Source: Histomonas meleagridis 2922-C6/04-290x (lineage: Eukaryota; Protista; Parabasalia). From it: 64,000 bases of DNA. The position numbers and the translations under genes are program-made. The notes under the pieces are model-generated. The model did not search any database, was not told the DNA's origin, and was given only the letters and a program-made list of their open reading frames with translations. Positions 44,188 to 54,814 of the stretch are shown one piece after another; the stretch's first letter is position 1, and every line of letters starts with the position of its first letter. Where the stretch lies: contig JAANOX010000273.1 in assembly GCA_020184695.1 (NCBI GenBank), positions 1 to 64,000 of the forward strand, given 5' to 3'.

Positions 44188-46124
44188 TCATTCTTTTTCT
44201 TGAAGTAATTTGACGATTTCTATTTCCCCTTTCTCTGAAGCTAAAATAAGTGCTGTCTTAAATGTTTCAAATAACTTCCAAATAATTTATTGATATTCTA
44301 AATATTAAAAATAAATATTATCTTTAGCATTAATATCAATTCCTTCTTGTTCAAGAAGTAATTTAACTATTTCTGTATGACCATCTATAGATGCTTTCAT
44401 AAGTGCTGTATTAAATAATTTAAATAATTTCCAAATATTATTTTGAAATATCAAATTATTAAAATAATTTCTAAATAAAACAAATAAATATCTTTAGCAT
44501 TAATATCAATTCCTTCTTGTTCAAGAAGTAATTTGACTGTTTTTGTATGACCATAAATAGATGCTTTCATAAGATCTGTTTCAAATATTTTCAATAATCT
44601 CCGAATTTTATTTTGAAATATAAAATAAAACATATAAATACTTTTAGAATTTACATCATATCCTTCTTGTTCAAGAAGAAATTTAACTATTTCCATGTGA
44701 CCTTCTTCAGATGCCCATATTAGTGCTGATTTAAAAAATTTCAATAAGTTCCATAGTATTATTAAAACTTACAACAAAAAACATATATAAATATCAGAAG
44801 CATTGATATTAATTTCTTTATTTTTAACAAGTAATTTAACTATTTCTATGTGATTGTTTTTTGATGCTAACATAAGCGGTGTCCAAAATAATATATATAA
44901 TTATCATATATTATTATGAAATATGAAATCATTAGAATAAACTCGAATTAAAAAAAATTTATAAAAGTTCGAGCATTTACATTTGTTTCTTTATGTTCAA
45001 GAAGTAATTTGACGATTTCTGTTTTCCCTTCCTCTGAAGCTAATGCAAGTACTGTATGAAATGATTTGAAAAAATTCCAAATAACATTTTAAAACAGAAA
45101 ATCAGAGAAATAAACTCTAAATAAAATAAACAAATTTTCATTGTATGATTAATACCAATTTCTTTTTGTCCAAGTAGGAATTTAACCATTTCTATCTGAT
45201 TGTTTAGAGTTGCATACATAAGTGCTGTTTTAAATAATTTAAATTATTTCCAAATATTATGTTGAAATCTCAAACCATTAAAATGAATACTAAACAAAAC
45301 AAATAAATATCTTTAGTATTAATATCAATTCTTTCTTGTTCAAGCAGCAATTTAATTATTTCCGTATGGCCATTATATGATGCTTCCATAAATCCTCTTT
45401 TAAATAATTTGCTTAATTTAACAATATATTTATTAAATTTGAAATTATTTAAATAAATTACAAATTTTTAAAATATACAACTCTATCACTATTATCAACT
45501 CCTTTTTGTTCAAGAATTAATTTAACTATTTCTATATGTCCATATTTAGATGCCATTAAAAGTGCTTTCCAAAATAATTTGATTAATTTAACAATATATT
45601 TTTTAAATTTGAAATTAATAAAATAAATACCTTTATAATTATTATCAATTCCTTTTTGTTCAAGAATTAATTTAACTATTTCTATATGTCCATTTTCAGA
45701 TGCTGAAATAAGTGCTGTTTTAAATAATTTAAAGAATTTCCAAATATTATTTTGTGTTATAAAATTTTTAAAATAAATATCAAAGAAAACAAATAAAATT
45801 TTTCAGCATTAGTATCAATTCCTTTTTGTTCAAGAAGCAATTCAACTATTTCTATATAACCATTTTCAGATGCTAAAATAAGTGCTGTTTCAAATAATTT
45901 AAATAAATTCCAAATATTATTTTGATACCCAAAAATATCAAAATAAAATCTATCTTTAGCATTTATATCAATTCCATTTTGTTCGAGAAGCAATTTAACA
46001 ATTTCTATATAACCATTTTCAGATGCTAAAATAAGTGCTGTTTCAAATAATTTCAATAATTTCCAAATATTATTTTGAATTTTTAAATCATTAAAATAAA
46101 TCCAAAGAAAAACATATAAATATC
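44188..46124 (-). repeat. Ankyrin array D: 12 stop-free cores separated by 12 spacers
   Basis: Eleven cores are exactly 30 codons, terminal core 22 codons + TGA at 44188. Spacers 5'->3': 80,63,80,60,80,80,83,83,63,60,80,63 nt. Confidence 0.92.
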
Positions 46125-47444
46125 TACAGCATTTATATTAATTTCTTCTTGTTCTAAAATATATTTTACAAGTTCAAAATTACCTGATTCAGAAGCAAAA
46201 ACTAAAATATTCTTTGGAATTTGATTGCTTTGAGAAAAGTACTTAACAAGATATAAGTTACCAACTTTTGCAGATGTAATAATGAAATCATCATTAGATT
46301 TCATATTAACTTCAATTAAATATGTTAAAATTTCAAAGTTATAATTCGAAATACACATATTTCCTATTTTTTCTAAATCATTAATTTTTTCAATTTTATT
46401 TTCATAAAGATATTTAAAGATATCATTTCGATGAAATCTAATTGCTGTTTCATATGCATCATCAAAATTTGAATGATTTTGTTCACATAAATGAATTATT
46501 TCTAAATTTCCACCAGCAACTGCATATTTAGCTGTATTAATTACATTAGCACCATTCATAAGTAAAAATTTAAAACATTTAACAGATCCAAAATATGCTG
46601 CGTAATCAATTAATGAAACATTTTTTTTATTTATAAATGAACATCTTTCATAAAGTGATGACTCAACTTCTTGATCAAAATCAAATTTTGTTTGTGATGT
46701 TATTTCTTGAAGTTTTTCTATTTCATCATTTCGAATTATTTTTGCAATTTCATTTGGATTAACTCCTTCTTTAATTAACTTTTTATGAAGTTCCCAATCA
46801 TTCTTTGATAGTTTTTCATAATTTTTAAGCAACATATCTTCAAATATATAATAATATTTCCTTTTGTTTTCGTTTTCTGATTTATAATGTGCAAAATATT
46901 TTGATTTAATGTTTTTAGTTACTATTTTGCTTATTAAATTTTTCTCAATCATTTTCTCTATTAAATAATATGATTCTTGTGAAAAATTTGTGGATTTTGG
47001 TAATAAACATTCAGCAAAAATTTCAATGATTTTGCGGTTACTTATATTTATTTCTTCTTTCACTTGAACTAATTCCAAATAATTTAAACATCCATCAGCC
47101 ATATCATTTTTGGATATGAATTTAAAGTAAACTAAACGACTTATGATATAATTAAAAGAACATGGAAAATTTGCATCAAATAATTTCATTGTATCCTGTG
47201 CTGATAACTCTGTGTTTTCTTTCGTTAAATTGAATATGATTATTTCAAGTGATCGAAGTGATTCCAAGAAATTAAAGTTTCCATGCATGTTGGTCATAGT
47301 CAAAAATGGCAAATAAACGTTCATTTCCACGAAAATGAATAGAAAACGATTATTCAAAAAATGAATAAACGGTTTCCCCAAAAATTTATTTTTTTCCAAG
47401 AAATTTCGGTGGTTGAATGTAACACTTACGATTAAAAATAACAA
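46083..47444 (-). CDS. DUF3447-type ankyrin repeat protein, N-terminal ORF (likely ATG at 47324); array continues to 44188
   Basis: Same DUF3447 head motifs; ORF stops inside the first 80-nt spacer. Confidence 0.85.
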   Translation of the reverse strand: MLFLIVSVTFNHRNFLEKNKFLGKPFIHFLNNRFLFIFVEMNVYLPFLTMTNMHGNFNFLESLRSLEIIIFNLTKENTELSAQDTMKLFDANFPCSFNYIISRLVYFKFISKNDMADGCLNYLELVQVKEEINISNRKIIEIFAECLLPKSTNFSQESYYLIEKMIEKNLISKIVTKNIKSKYFAHYKSENENKRKYYYIFEDMLLKNYEKLSKNDWELHKKLIKEGVNPNEIAKIIRNDEIEKLQEITSQTKFDFDQEVESSLYERCSFINKKNVSLIDYAAYFGSVKCFKFLLMNGANVINTAKYAVAGGNLEIIHLCEQNHSNFDDAYETAIRFHRNDIFKYLYENKIEKINDLEKIGNMCISNYNFEILTYLIEVNMKSNDDFIITSAKVGNLYLVKYFSQSNQIPKNILVFASESGNFELVKYILEQEEININAVDIYMFFFGFILMI

Positions 47445-47579
47445 AATTTCTACCGAATGATGTATTTTTTATTTATCGAAATATTAAGATTTTTTATAAA
47501 ATATGATAGATAATTAAATTTTAATGATAATGATGGAAATTGGATCAAAACGGATTGTTAATTATGCGAATTTTACCAA

Positions 47580-48470
47580 CTGATGACCGGAGAGACTCTA
47601 TCAAACGCATGGGGGAGATTTGTCAAAATGTAAAAGAAAAAATTAAGTCGATCTTAAAAAGCTAAGTGTGGATTTCTATATTTATTGACGAACTTTCAAG
47701 GTTTTCCAGAGGTTTTGAGGAATTTGTGCATCAACAAACAAACATACATTTCCCTTGGACAATATTACACCTGATGATATGAATAGAAAAAAACAAACTA
47801 TGAAAAGAATAATTAATACAAATGTTCGAAAACGCCTTAATGGTTGCATCATTCTTAAATCCTTTTTTGAATTGGAAAGCTGTAGTTATTCCAGAAGAAG
47901 ATTTACCTCCAGAAATTCAAAATTCAAAAAAAAAGTTTATTTACTTAATATCTATTGTTCCTGTATTCACATCTTCCGATATTACAAATGAACCAGAGAG
48001 CGATGCAAAATTTACTGAGCGTAAGGTCGGAGAAATAATAGAAGAAGATGGAAACGAAATTGAATTCATGATCAATATGAAAAGGAGAAATGGTGATAAT
48101 ATTAAATCATGGTGGAAAGCAACATGCAATTATTACCCAACCTCTATAGCGTAGCATCAACTAATGATTCTCAGAGCAACTTCTGCATGCGTATAAAGAG
48201 TTTTTAATAAGGGAAGATATATATTGAATGATTATGTTGCATCGATGAAAAAGCAAAAGATGGCAAAGAGAGTCATGTTATATTGTAATAAAGATCTCAC
48301 TGATGAGGCTGTAAATGAATACAATTTTGAATATAGAACTTGGATCAAAAATTCGGTTTCAATTAAAAACTCTAAATCGTAAAACAAAACAAAAAACCAA
48401 TAAAAACATTTTTAGCCACTGGCTGTGGCTGAACTGAGCAAAGTTGGCTGTGGTTGGGCTTTACACGAAA
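47580..48470 (+). mobile_element. Degenerate hAT transposase C-terminal fragment
   Basis: LMVASFLNP (hAT-like A-x-x-LDP), then KSWWKATCNYYPTSIA*HQLMILRATSACV*RVFNKG, matching the hATC WW...YP...ATSA-x-x-ERxF dimerisation motif; stops at 48152 and 48194, frame ends at 48382; GGCTGTGG repeats downstream. Confidence 0.7.
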
Positions 48471-48640
48471 TGATAAAAATATTTAAAGTTAATCCTATAT
48501 TTAACGTTCAATTTTAATTAATTACAAAAGAATTGGAAAACATTTTTTTGATCATAATAATTTTATGGAAAATCATCTAAAAACAATGAAATATTCGCAA
48601 AACAATTTTGAATTTAATTTTTATTGAAATAATCATATAT

Positions 48641-49531
48641 TTAATGTAATGTCTTGTCAATCATATCAGATTCCAATCCCGAAACCTCTTTCTGTAAGTT
48701 TTTTACAAGTTTTTCTAATGCCATAATTGCATCTTGGTGCAGCTTTAGTGCAGTTACGATTGGCATAAGTGAGTTTTTTTCAATTGCAGTTTGCATTGAA
48801 GATCTGTTATCTTGCATCGATTTAGCTTTGGTCTGAAGTTTTGATATGAGGCTCCTTTGAGTGTCTTCTTCGAGTCTGAGCTTTTCAAGTGTCATTTTCA
48901 TTTCGTTTTCAATTTTGCCAAATTGATTATTTTGATCTTCGCTTTCAACAAACTTCATCAGAAGCTGGTTAGTTGTGTAAGCATTTTGTTTTATCTTCTC
49001 AAAGGAGCCTTGGAGCTCTGTAGCATAAAATGTGTTCATTTCTTTGAGTTTGGCTTTATACATATCTATGCGCTCTTGGATTTGGGCGCTAACCTTCTTC
49101 TGACTCTCAGAGCGCTCTTTTAAGCCTTCGAAACCAAAAACAGGGCAGGGTACAAGATGATCTGGATCTGGGCTTTCTGTGCAGATTTTGATCCAATCGG
49201 CTTCTGGAATATTATTAGGACATGTAGGAACAGTGTTGTTGATCTTTTTATTATAGAATACAAAACAAAAACGATATGCTGGTGAGTCAGGAGTATAAGC
49301 ACATCTTAAATTCCAAACCCTATTAAATAATGGATCTGCTGTTAAGGTTGCCACGTGTTCGACACTTGGAGTACTTGATCGACCAGTTGTTGAAGGCCAT
49401 AAACTATTAGTTGTATTTGATGTGCCTTTTTGTCCTCCAGTTGTAAATCCACCTGCTGCCTGGGTGGTTGACCCAAAAAGACTGGTTCCCGTATTGAAGT
49501 TGAAACCCGTAGAGGTATTACTGGTTGTCAT
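48641..49531 (-). CDS. Nucleoporin Nup54/Nup57-like
   Basis: Short FG-like N-terminus; AYTPDSPAYRFCFVFYN...W...SPDPDHLVPCPVFGFEGLKER; C-terminal coiled coil. Confidence 0.75.
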   Translation of the reverse strand: MTTSNTSTGFNFNTGTSLFGSTTQAAGGFTTGGQKGTSNTTNSLWPSTTGRSSTPSVEHVATLTADPLFNRVWNLRCAYTPDSPAYRFCFVFYNKKINNTVPTCPNNIPEADWIKICTESPDPDHLVPCPVFGFEGLKERSESQKKVSAQIQERIDMYKAKLKEMNTFYATELQGSFEKIKQNAYTTNQLLMKFVESEDQNNQFGKIENEMKMTLEKLRLEEDTQRSLISKLQTKAKSMQDNRSSMQTAIEKNSLMPIVTALKLHQDAIMALEKLVKNLQKEVSGLESDMIDKTLH

Positions 49532-49701
49532 CAGGTGTTTACAAATCTGGGGCGCCCCTTTTGAAAGGACACCATTTCCTATCGGCTTATGAATTTTTCA
49601 ATATGACGATGGAGCTTTTCGATTAAAAAGACAATTTTTAACGGTTTTCAGGTGTAAAGTTATCTTTCATCAAATAAAAATTTTTTAATTTTCGGTAGTT
49701 A

Positions 49702-51675
49702 TTAGTCATTTACTACTTTTTTAAGGTATGGAATAACTTCAGGATTCTTAATTGTAGGTGGTTCTTCTACATCAAGTTTTGCGACGATTCCTCTAAGAAG
49801 CATTCGAATGATTTTCTCGCTTCTTGTTTTAGGTAAATCATCAACAAGATAAACAACCGACGGCCTTCCAATTGCACCAAACTTTGCAAACACTGCGTCC
49901 TTCACTTCACTTTTCATTTTTTCTGACTTATCGTCGGTTACAACAAAAGCAACAATTGATTGGCCAGTTAAAGGATGTGGCACACCAATGACAGCGGCTT
50001 CTTTAGCTTTCGGATGTTCCATAATTGCTGCTTCGACTTCAGCGGGTCCAACGCGGTGACCGTTTACGCAAAGTTGATCGTCAGTTCTTCCAGTGATCTT
50101 CAGATAGCCATCAGCATCAATGGCAGCAACGTCTCCAGTCGAGAAATAGTTTGTACCAGGTATGATGTATTTCTTTACAAACTTATCGTGACCTGCTAAA
50201 CAATCATTTGCTAGACCTGGCCATGGTGAAGCAATACATAAAAGGGCATCACTCTTGGGTTGTGAATGCTTAGATGTTGAACCAATTAAGTGATGATCTT
50301 TCGGATCAAGAAGAACAAGTTCAGTACCAAATAATGGTTGTCCAATGTAACCAGGTTTCATTTGATGATGTCCAGGAATAGAAGTTGCTATGATTGATCC
50401 CATTTCAGTTTGCCAGTATGTATCAACAATTGAGCATCTTCTTTTACCAAGAGTTTCAAATAAAAACTTCCATGTCGTATCGTCTAACGTCTCCCCGACA
50501 GAGCCGATAACTCTTAACGAACTTAAGTCAAATTCGTCGATTTTTTCAATGTTCTTAGAAATTGACGCTGAAATTGCCCTCGCAGCAGAAGGTGAAGTGT
50601 AAAAGTGCGTCAGTTTAAGTGAACTGATTAATTTCCATGAACGAGTTGCGTCCGGATATAATGGTAAGCCACCGAAGACTAACGTTGTCACGCCGTTAAG
50701 TAATGGGCCATAACAAACATAAGTATGACCAGTAATCCATCCAAGATCAGATGTACAACCAAACACATCTCCAGGATAAATCGAAAAAACAAATCGATGT
50801 GTAAGAGCAGCAGCTACAGAATACCCACCGCATCTATGGATAATACCTTTTGGATTACCAGTTGATCCTGATGTATATAAATAAAATAATGGATCTCTTG
50901 ATTGCATTGGAACACATTCACATGTGCTTGAGGCCGATTCAAGGAGTTTAGATAGAGAAACATCTCTGCCCTCTTTCATTTGGACGGGGAGATTGATTAA
51001 TTCGCAGACAATTACATGTTCTACTGATTTGCAATTATCGATAATTTCATCAAGTGTCTTTTTCATTGTTATAACTTTGGTGGCTCTGTCATACCCATTT
51101 GCTGTGATAATAACTTTAGGTTGGCAATCAATAATTCTGAATTGAAGAGCATCTCCTCGAAATGCACCGAAAATTAGTGAATGAACAGCACCAATTCTGG
51201 CACAGGCAAGCATGGAAATGATGGCCTCGCAGCAAACTGGTAGGAAAATTACTACGACAGAACCTTTTGTAACACCATAAGATTTAAGAACATTGGCCAT
51301 TTTCGAAACGCGTGTAAGAAGTTCGCCGTATGTTACTGAGCATCCTTGGTTTTCTTCGTTTCCTTCGTAAATTAATGCAACTCTGTTGGGATCAACTTTT
51401 GCATGACGATCAACGCAATTATAGCAAACGTTAAGTTCTCCACCATCATACCATATGCTATCTTTGTCTCCAATTTTTCCAATTACATTTATAAAATTAG
51501 TTGAATTCCAATCAATTAATTGTTTGGCAACATCTTCCCAGAAATTTTCCCTGTTTTTTAGGTCTGGCTTTGTGGCAGCATCTATCATGTCTTGATAGGA
51601 GGAGTATCCCTCTAATGGGATTGGCGGACGGAACAAATCCTTTTCCATTATAAATGTGCTGATTTTTATCACCAC
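49702..51675 (-). CDS. acs: Acetyl-CoA synthetase (AMP-forming; likely ATG at 51648)
   Basis: WYDGGELNVCYNCVDRH, YTSGSTGNPKG, DTYWQTEMG, TGD...GRTDD, LPKTRSEKI. Confidence 0.92.
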   Translation of the reverse strand: MVIKISTFIMEKDLFRPPIPLEGYSSYQDMIDAATKPDLKNRENFWEDVAKQLIDWNSTNFINVIGKIGDKDSIWYDGGELNVCYNCVDRHAKVDPNRVALIYEGNEENQGCSVTYGELLTRVSKMANVLKSYGVTKGSVVVIFLPVCCEAIISMLACARIGAVHSLIFGAFRGDALQFRIIDCQPKVIITANGYDRATKVITMKKTLDEIIDNCKSVEHVIVCELINLPVQMKEGRDVSLSKLLESASSTCECVPMQSRDPLFYLYTSGSTGNPKGIIHRCGGYSVAAALTHRFVFSIYPGDVFGCTSDLGWITGHTYVCYGPLLNGVTTLVFGGLPLYPDATRSWKLISSLKLTHFYTSPSAARAISASISKNIEKIDEFDLSSLRVIGSVGETLDDTTWKFLFETLGKRRCSIVDTYWQTEMGSIIATSIPGHHQMKPGYIGQPLFGTELVLLDPKDHHLIGSTSKHSQPKSDALLCIASPWPGLANDCLAGHDKFVKKYIIPGTNYFSTGDVAAIDADGYLKITGRTDDQLCVNGHRVGPAEVEAAIMEHPKAKEAAVIGVPHPLTGQSIVAFVVTDDKSEKMKSEVKDAVFAKFGAIGRPSVVYLVDDLPKTRSEKIIRMLLRGIVAKLDVEEPPTIKNPEVIPYLKKVVND

Positions 51676-51881
51676 TTTTTAAATACATAAATTGAGTAAG
51701 ACACAACCCCCTATTGCGATCAGAAAAAAGCATTTTCTTATTCAAAAAGTCGCGACGGTTATTTTGTCGCAAATTTATGACCAACTTCAAAAGACATCCT
51801 CTGGTCATTCATAGACAATTTCCTCATTATTAAAGCAAGTTAATTCTAAAATTAAAAACGTTTAATCACGTAAAATAAATA

Positions 51882-52664
51882 TTATCCTAATATCTTATCA
51901 ATAACAGTTTGAGGCGCATTTGCATTGACCAAAAGCTTCTCAATTACATCAGGTGGAAGAGACAGCTTCTTAATAACAAGCCCTTTCCGAAGGTATTGGC
52001 TTGACATTATTGCTTCCCAATTCATCCTTTTCGTATTTGCTTCAACTAAACATGTGACAACAACATAAGGCGAAACTCTCATTTCGTTTATAAACGATGT
52101 CTGTTTGTTGTTCGCAAAAGCAAAGCGAATTGTTTCTGCAAATGAGTCAAGAGGCAAATTTGTCGAACTCTGATTTGTGATTTCAGCACGAATTAGATTG
52201 ACTTTTGTAAACCTTTCGAGTGCCTTCCGGTAAAAAGAGTCTGGGGGAAGACTGTTTTGAAATCTTTGAAGTTTGAAAATATTCATGTTACGATATTGTG
52301 AAATAAATCGTTTTCGCGAGCTTCTACTATCAACAGTCATTATTTGTTTTTGCCTGAGTTCACTTTGAAATTTTTCAAGAACTTGTTGACCTAATATTTG
52401 ATAAATTTGATTTGTTGTCCATTGAATCAATTTTGTATCTTTGTTTTTAGCAGCATATTCATACAAAGACCTAAGGCTTGCATATGATTGTGTATACTTT
52501 AGTGGAATAGAAAACCCTTCACGAACTGCTTTCGCAACTAATTCGGGCATTAGTCCAGGTGTTGTAGTTCCATTAAAAATCCCTTGTAATCCTCTTAATA
52601 CAGCAACATCTTCATGAAGAGATTCAAATTGACATTGTGCTGCTATGATTTCTGTTTTTGTCAT
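51882..52664 (-). CDS. Hypothetical protein
   Basis: 260-aa ORF with housekeeping-like composition, head-to-head with NOT4. Confidence 0.65.
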   Translation of the reverse strand: MTKTEIIAAQCQFESLHEDVAVLRGLQGIFNGTTTPGLMPELVAKAVREGFSIPLKYTQSYASLRSLYEYAAKNKDTKLIQWTTNQIYQILGQQVLEKFQSELRQKQIMTVDSRSSRKRFISQYRNMNIFKLQRFQNSLPPDSFYRKALERFTKVNLIRAEITNQSSTNLPLDSFAETIRFAFANNKQTSFINEMRVSPYVVVTCLVEANTKRMNWEAIMSSQYLRKGLVIKKLSLPPDVIEKLLVNANAPQTVIDKILG

Positions 52665-52735
52665 TGTGCTTTGTTAAATTTTTACCGAAATAACCGCCAC
52701 AGCGGGGCACCCCAATTCAAAATCTCAAAAATCAA

Positions 52736-53656
52736 ATGAACGAAATAAAATGTACTTCATGCCAGACAAAAATTAATAATGGGGAAACTACTTTTTCATG
52801 TCCATTTTGTAATTTTATATTTTGCGCACGTTGCGCTCGAAGTTATTCAGATTTTTCAAGATTCAAGTGCATAAAATGTGGTCAAATTTCAGACTTACCA
52901 CCAGCATTTCGAGAACAAAAAAGGCAAAATAATACAATTGTCAATTGCTCACATTTAGTTGATGTAAGAGTTATACAAAGAGATCTTGTTTATATAGTTG
53001 GAATACCTATAAAATATGCACACGAAGATACCCTTCTCAAATATGAATTTTTTGGTCAGTATGGGCCTATAAAGAAAGTTGTTGTTAATTCATCACATAT
53101 CCATTCTCTTCCAAATCAAAATCTTTCTGTTTCAGCTTACATCACATTTCGTAATTACGAAGACGCTATGGAGTGTATTTATTCACTTGAGAATTTTGTG
53201 CTTGAAGGGAATCAATTGAAAGCATCATTTGGCACCACAAAATATTGTTCCTCTTTTCTTCGTGGCCAACGTTGTACTAATCCCGAATGTATGTATTTAC
53301 ACCATAGTGGCGAGCAAAGTGACTCTTTTAGCAAAGATGAAATCACTGGCTCATCAAGCAGATTTGTTGATATCACTCGTCCAACACGTCCACCTGATTA
53401 TAATGACTATCTTAAGCAAGACAAGAGGCCAACAATCCTACCACCACGGCGTATCATGAAGAAGGCTTCAGTCGTGATCAAAAAAGCCCATCAAAAAACC
53501 GCCGACAACAGCTCATTTTTCGATTATTTAAATAAGGAAGAAAAACCAGAGCCAATTGTGTTCGAAGATCATCCAGGCGTTGCATTGAATGTACAACTAA
53601 GGCTTGGAGGTCCATCCGTTCGATCTGTTTTTAATACTTTGCTTTCAGAACAATAG
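52736..53656 (+). CDS. NOT4: CCR4-NOT subunit 4 (RING + RRM + CCCH)
   Basis: N-terminal Cys-rich RING-like segment; VRVIQRDLVYIVGIP...YEFFGQYGPIKKVVVN...LKASFGTTKYCSSFLRGQRCTNPECMYLH. Confidence 0.9.
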   Translation: MNEIKCTSCQTKINNGETTFSCPFCNFIFCARCARSYSDFSRFKCIKCGQISDLPPAFREQKRQNNTIVNCSHLVDVRVIQRDLVYIVGIPIKYAHEDTLLKYEFFGQYGPIKKVVVNSSHIHSLPNQNLSVSAYITFRNYEDAMECIYSLENFVLEGNQLKASFGTTKYCSSFLRGQRCTNPECMYLHHSGEQSDSFSKDEITGSSSRFVDITRPTRPPDYNDYLKQDKRPTILPPRRIMKKASVVIKKAHQKTADNSSFFDYLNKEEKPEPIVFEDHPGVALNVQLRLGGPSVRSVFNTLLSEQ

Positions 53657-53909
53657 AATTATTGCGGTATGTTTCAATAAAGAATTGTTTATACATAAAA
53701 TTTGGTTTTGCTTTAATTGAAAATTATATCTTTTTTTAAAAAAATCAAACAATTTGCTAATAAAAGAGTTGTTATTCATGATTATTATGATCCATTATAT
53801 ACAATCATCATAACATTACTCATGTCAATCAAATGCAAATTTTGCAAGTTTTAGTCTATATTAGTTAAAAGATTTATCTTGAAAAAAAGTCACGTAACGA
53901 ATACTTTAT

Positions 53910-54470
53910 TTATAAAAGAACAATTTTTTCTTCGTCAAGTAACGATTTGACATGCTCAATTCGGGCGAAATAAATTTGATTTTTCTTTAGATCAACAACT
54001 TCATTTGTCGCATTGCTAGACAATAATGTTGATCCTGCATCGACCAAGGATTTGAAAAACACAAAAGAAGATAAATCTTCTTCCTCTTGTGTGAATTCTA
54101 ATGCTGTATCTCCAAGTGCTGTTTTAAATATTGTCGCAAATTCACCGCAAAATTTTGCTTCTGCAGGTGATAGTTTTTCTGCAATAGGTATCACCATCTT
54201 CGAAACTGATAATTGAATTTTTTTTAAGCGAGCTGTAAAATAAACCTGCATGAGATAGTTCCAGCGAAGCATTTCCAATTCCATTGCTTGGCAAAACTTT
54301 TGTTGGATTGCATCAAGTTCATTCATTTGTTCTTTTAATGTATTTATCACTCCTTTTTGATTTTGCATGACCTCATTAATTTCTTCTACTAATTCCTGTT
54401 GGTATGGAAGGAGTAAGGTTGTTGATCGTTCATTACTCACCGCGTTTATAAAGCGAGAAACGAGAGACAT
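53910..54470 (-). CDS. SLD5: GINS complex subunit Sld5 (GINS4)
   Basis: VSNERSTTLLLPYQQELVE...MELEMLRWNYLMQVYFTARLKKIQ; C-terminal B-domain. Confidence 0.72.
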   Translation of the reverse strand: MSLVSRFINAVSNERSTTLLLPYQQELVEEINEVMQNQKGVINTLKEQMNELDAIQQKFCQAMELEMLRWNYLMQVYFTARLKKIQLSVSKMVIPIAEKLSPAEAKFCGEFATIFKTALGDTALEFTQEEEDLSSFVFFKSLVDAGSTLLSSNATNEVVDLKKNQIYFARIEHVKSLLDEEKIVLL

Positions 54471-54814
54471 AGGAAGTGCTTCCCGCCAAACGATAGATGC
54501 ACTTTTCGACCGTTTTTTGCTGACACATTTTCAAGCTTAAAAAAATCTTTTCCATCTGATTATAAGGGAAAATTAGATTTAATATAATAAAAACAAATTC
54601 AGTATGTTGCAGGTAAACATTTTTTTAAATTTTTTTTTCATTATATATCAAAATTTATTCAATTTTTTTGTTAGCTTTCAAGTGTTACCCAAATACTACA
54701 ATAAGTGAAGTTTATGTTATTGTATATAAATGAACTACAATTTGTTTAGATGGTTTGTTTTCGAGTGAAAAAATTTTTCAAGGGTAAATTTTACCAAACG
54801 ATACGCCTTAAAAG

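Noticed and set aside
44188-46124. Spacers as AT-AC or AT/GT-AG spliceosomal introns (G|ATATTT...TAC|AG or ...TACAG|CA)
   Set aside because: AT-AC joining breaks the frame. AT-AG joining deletes the D and T of the repeat, and the AG is absent when the next codon is Pro, Ser or Thr. No ACTAAC branch motif is present.
44188-46124. Spacers as sequencing or assembly errors
   Set aside because: They are 60-83 nt stereotyped insertions at one position in 32 junctions across four loci, not homopolymer indels.
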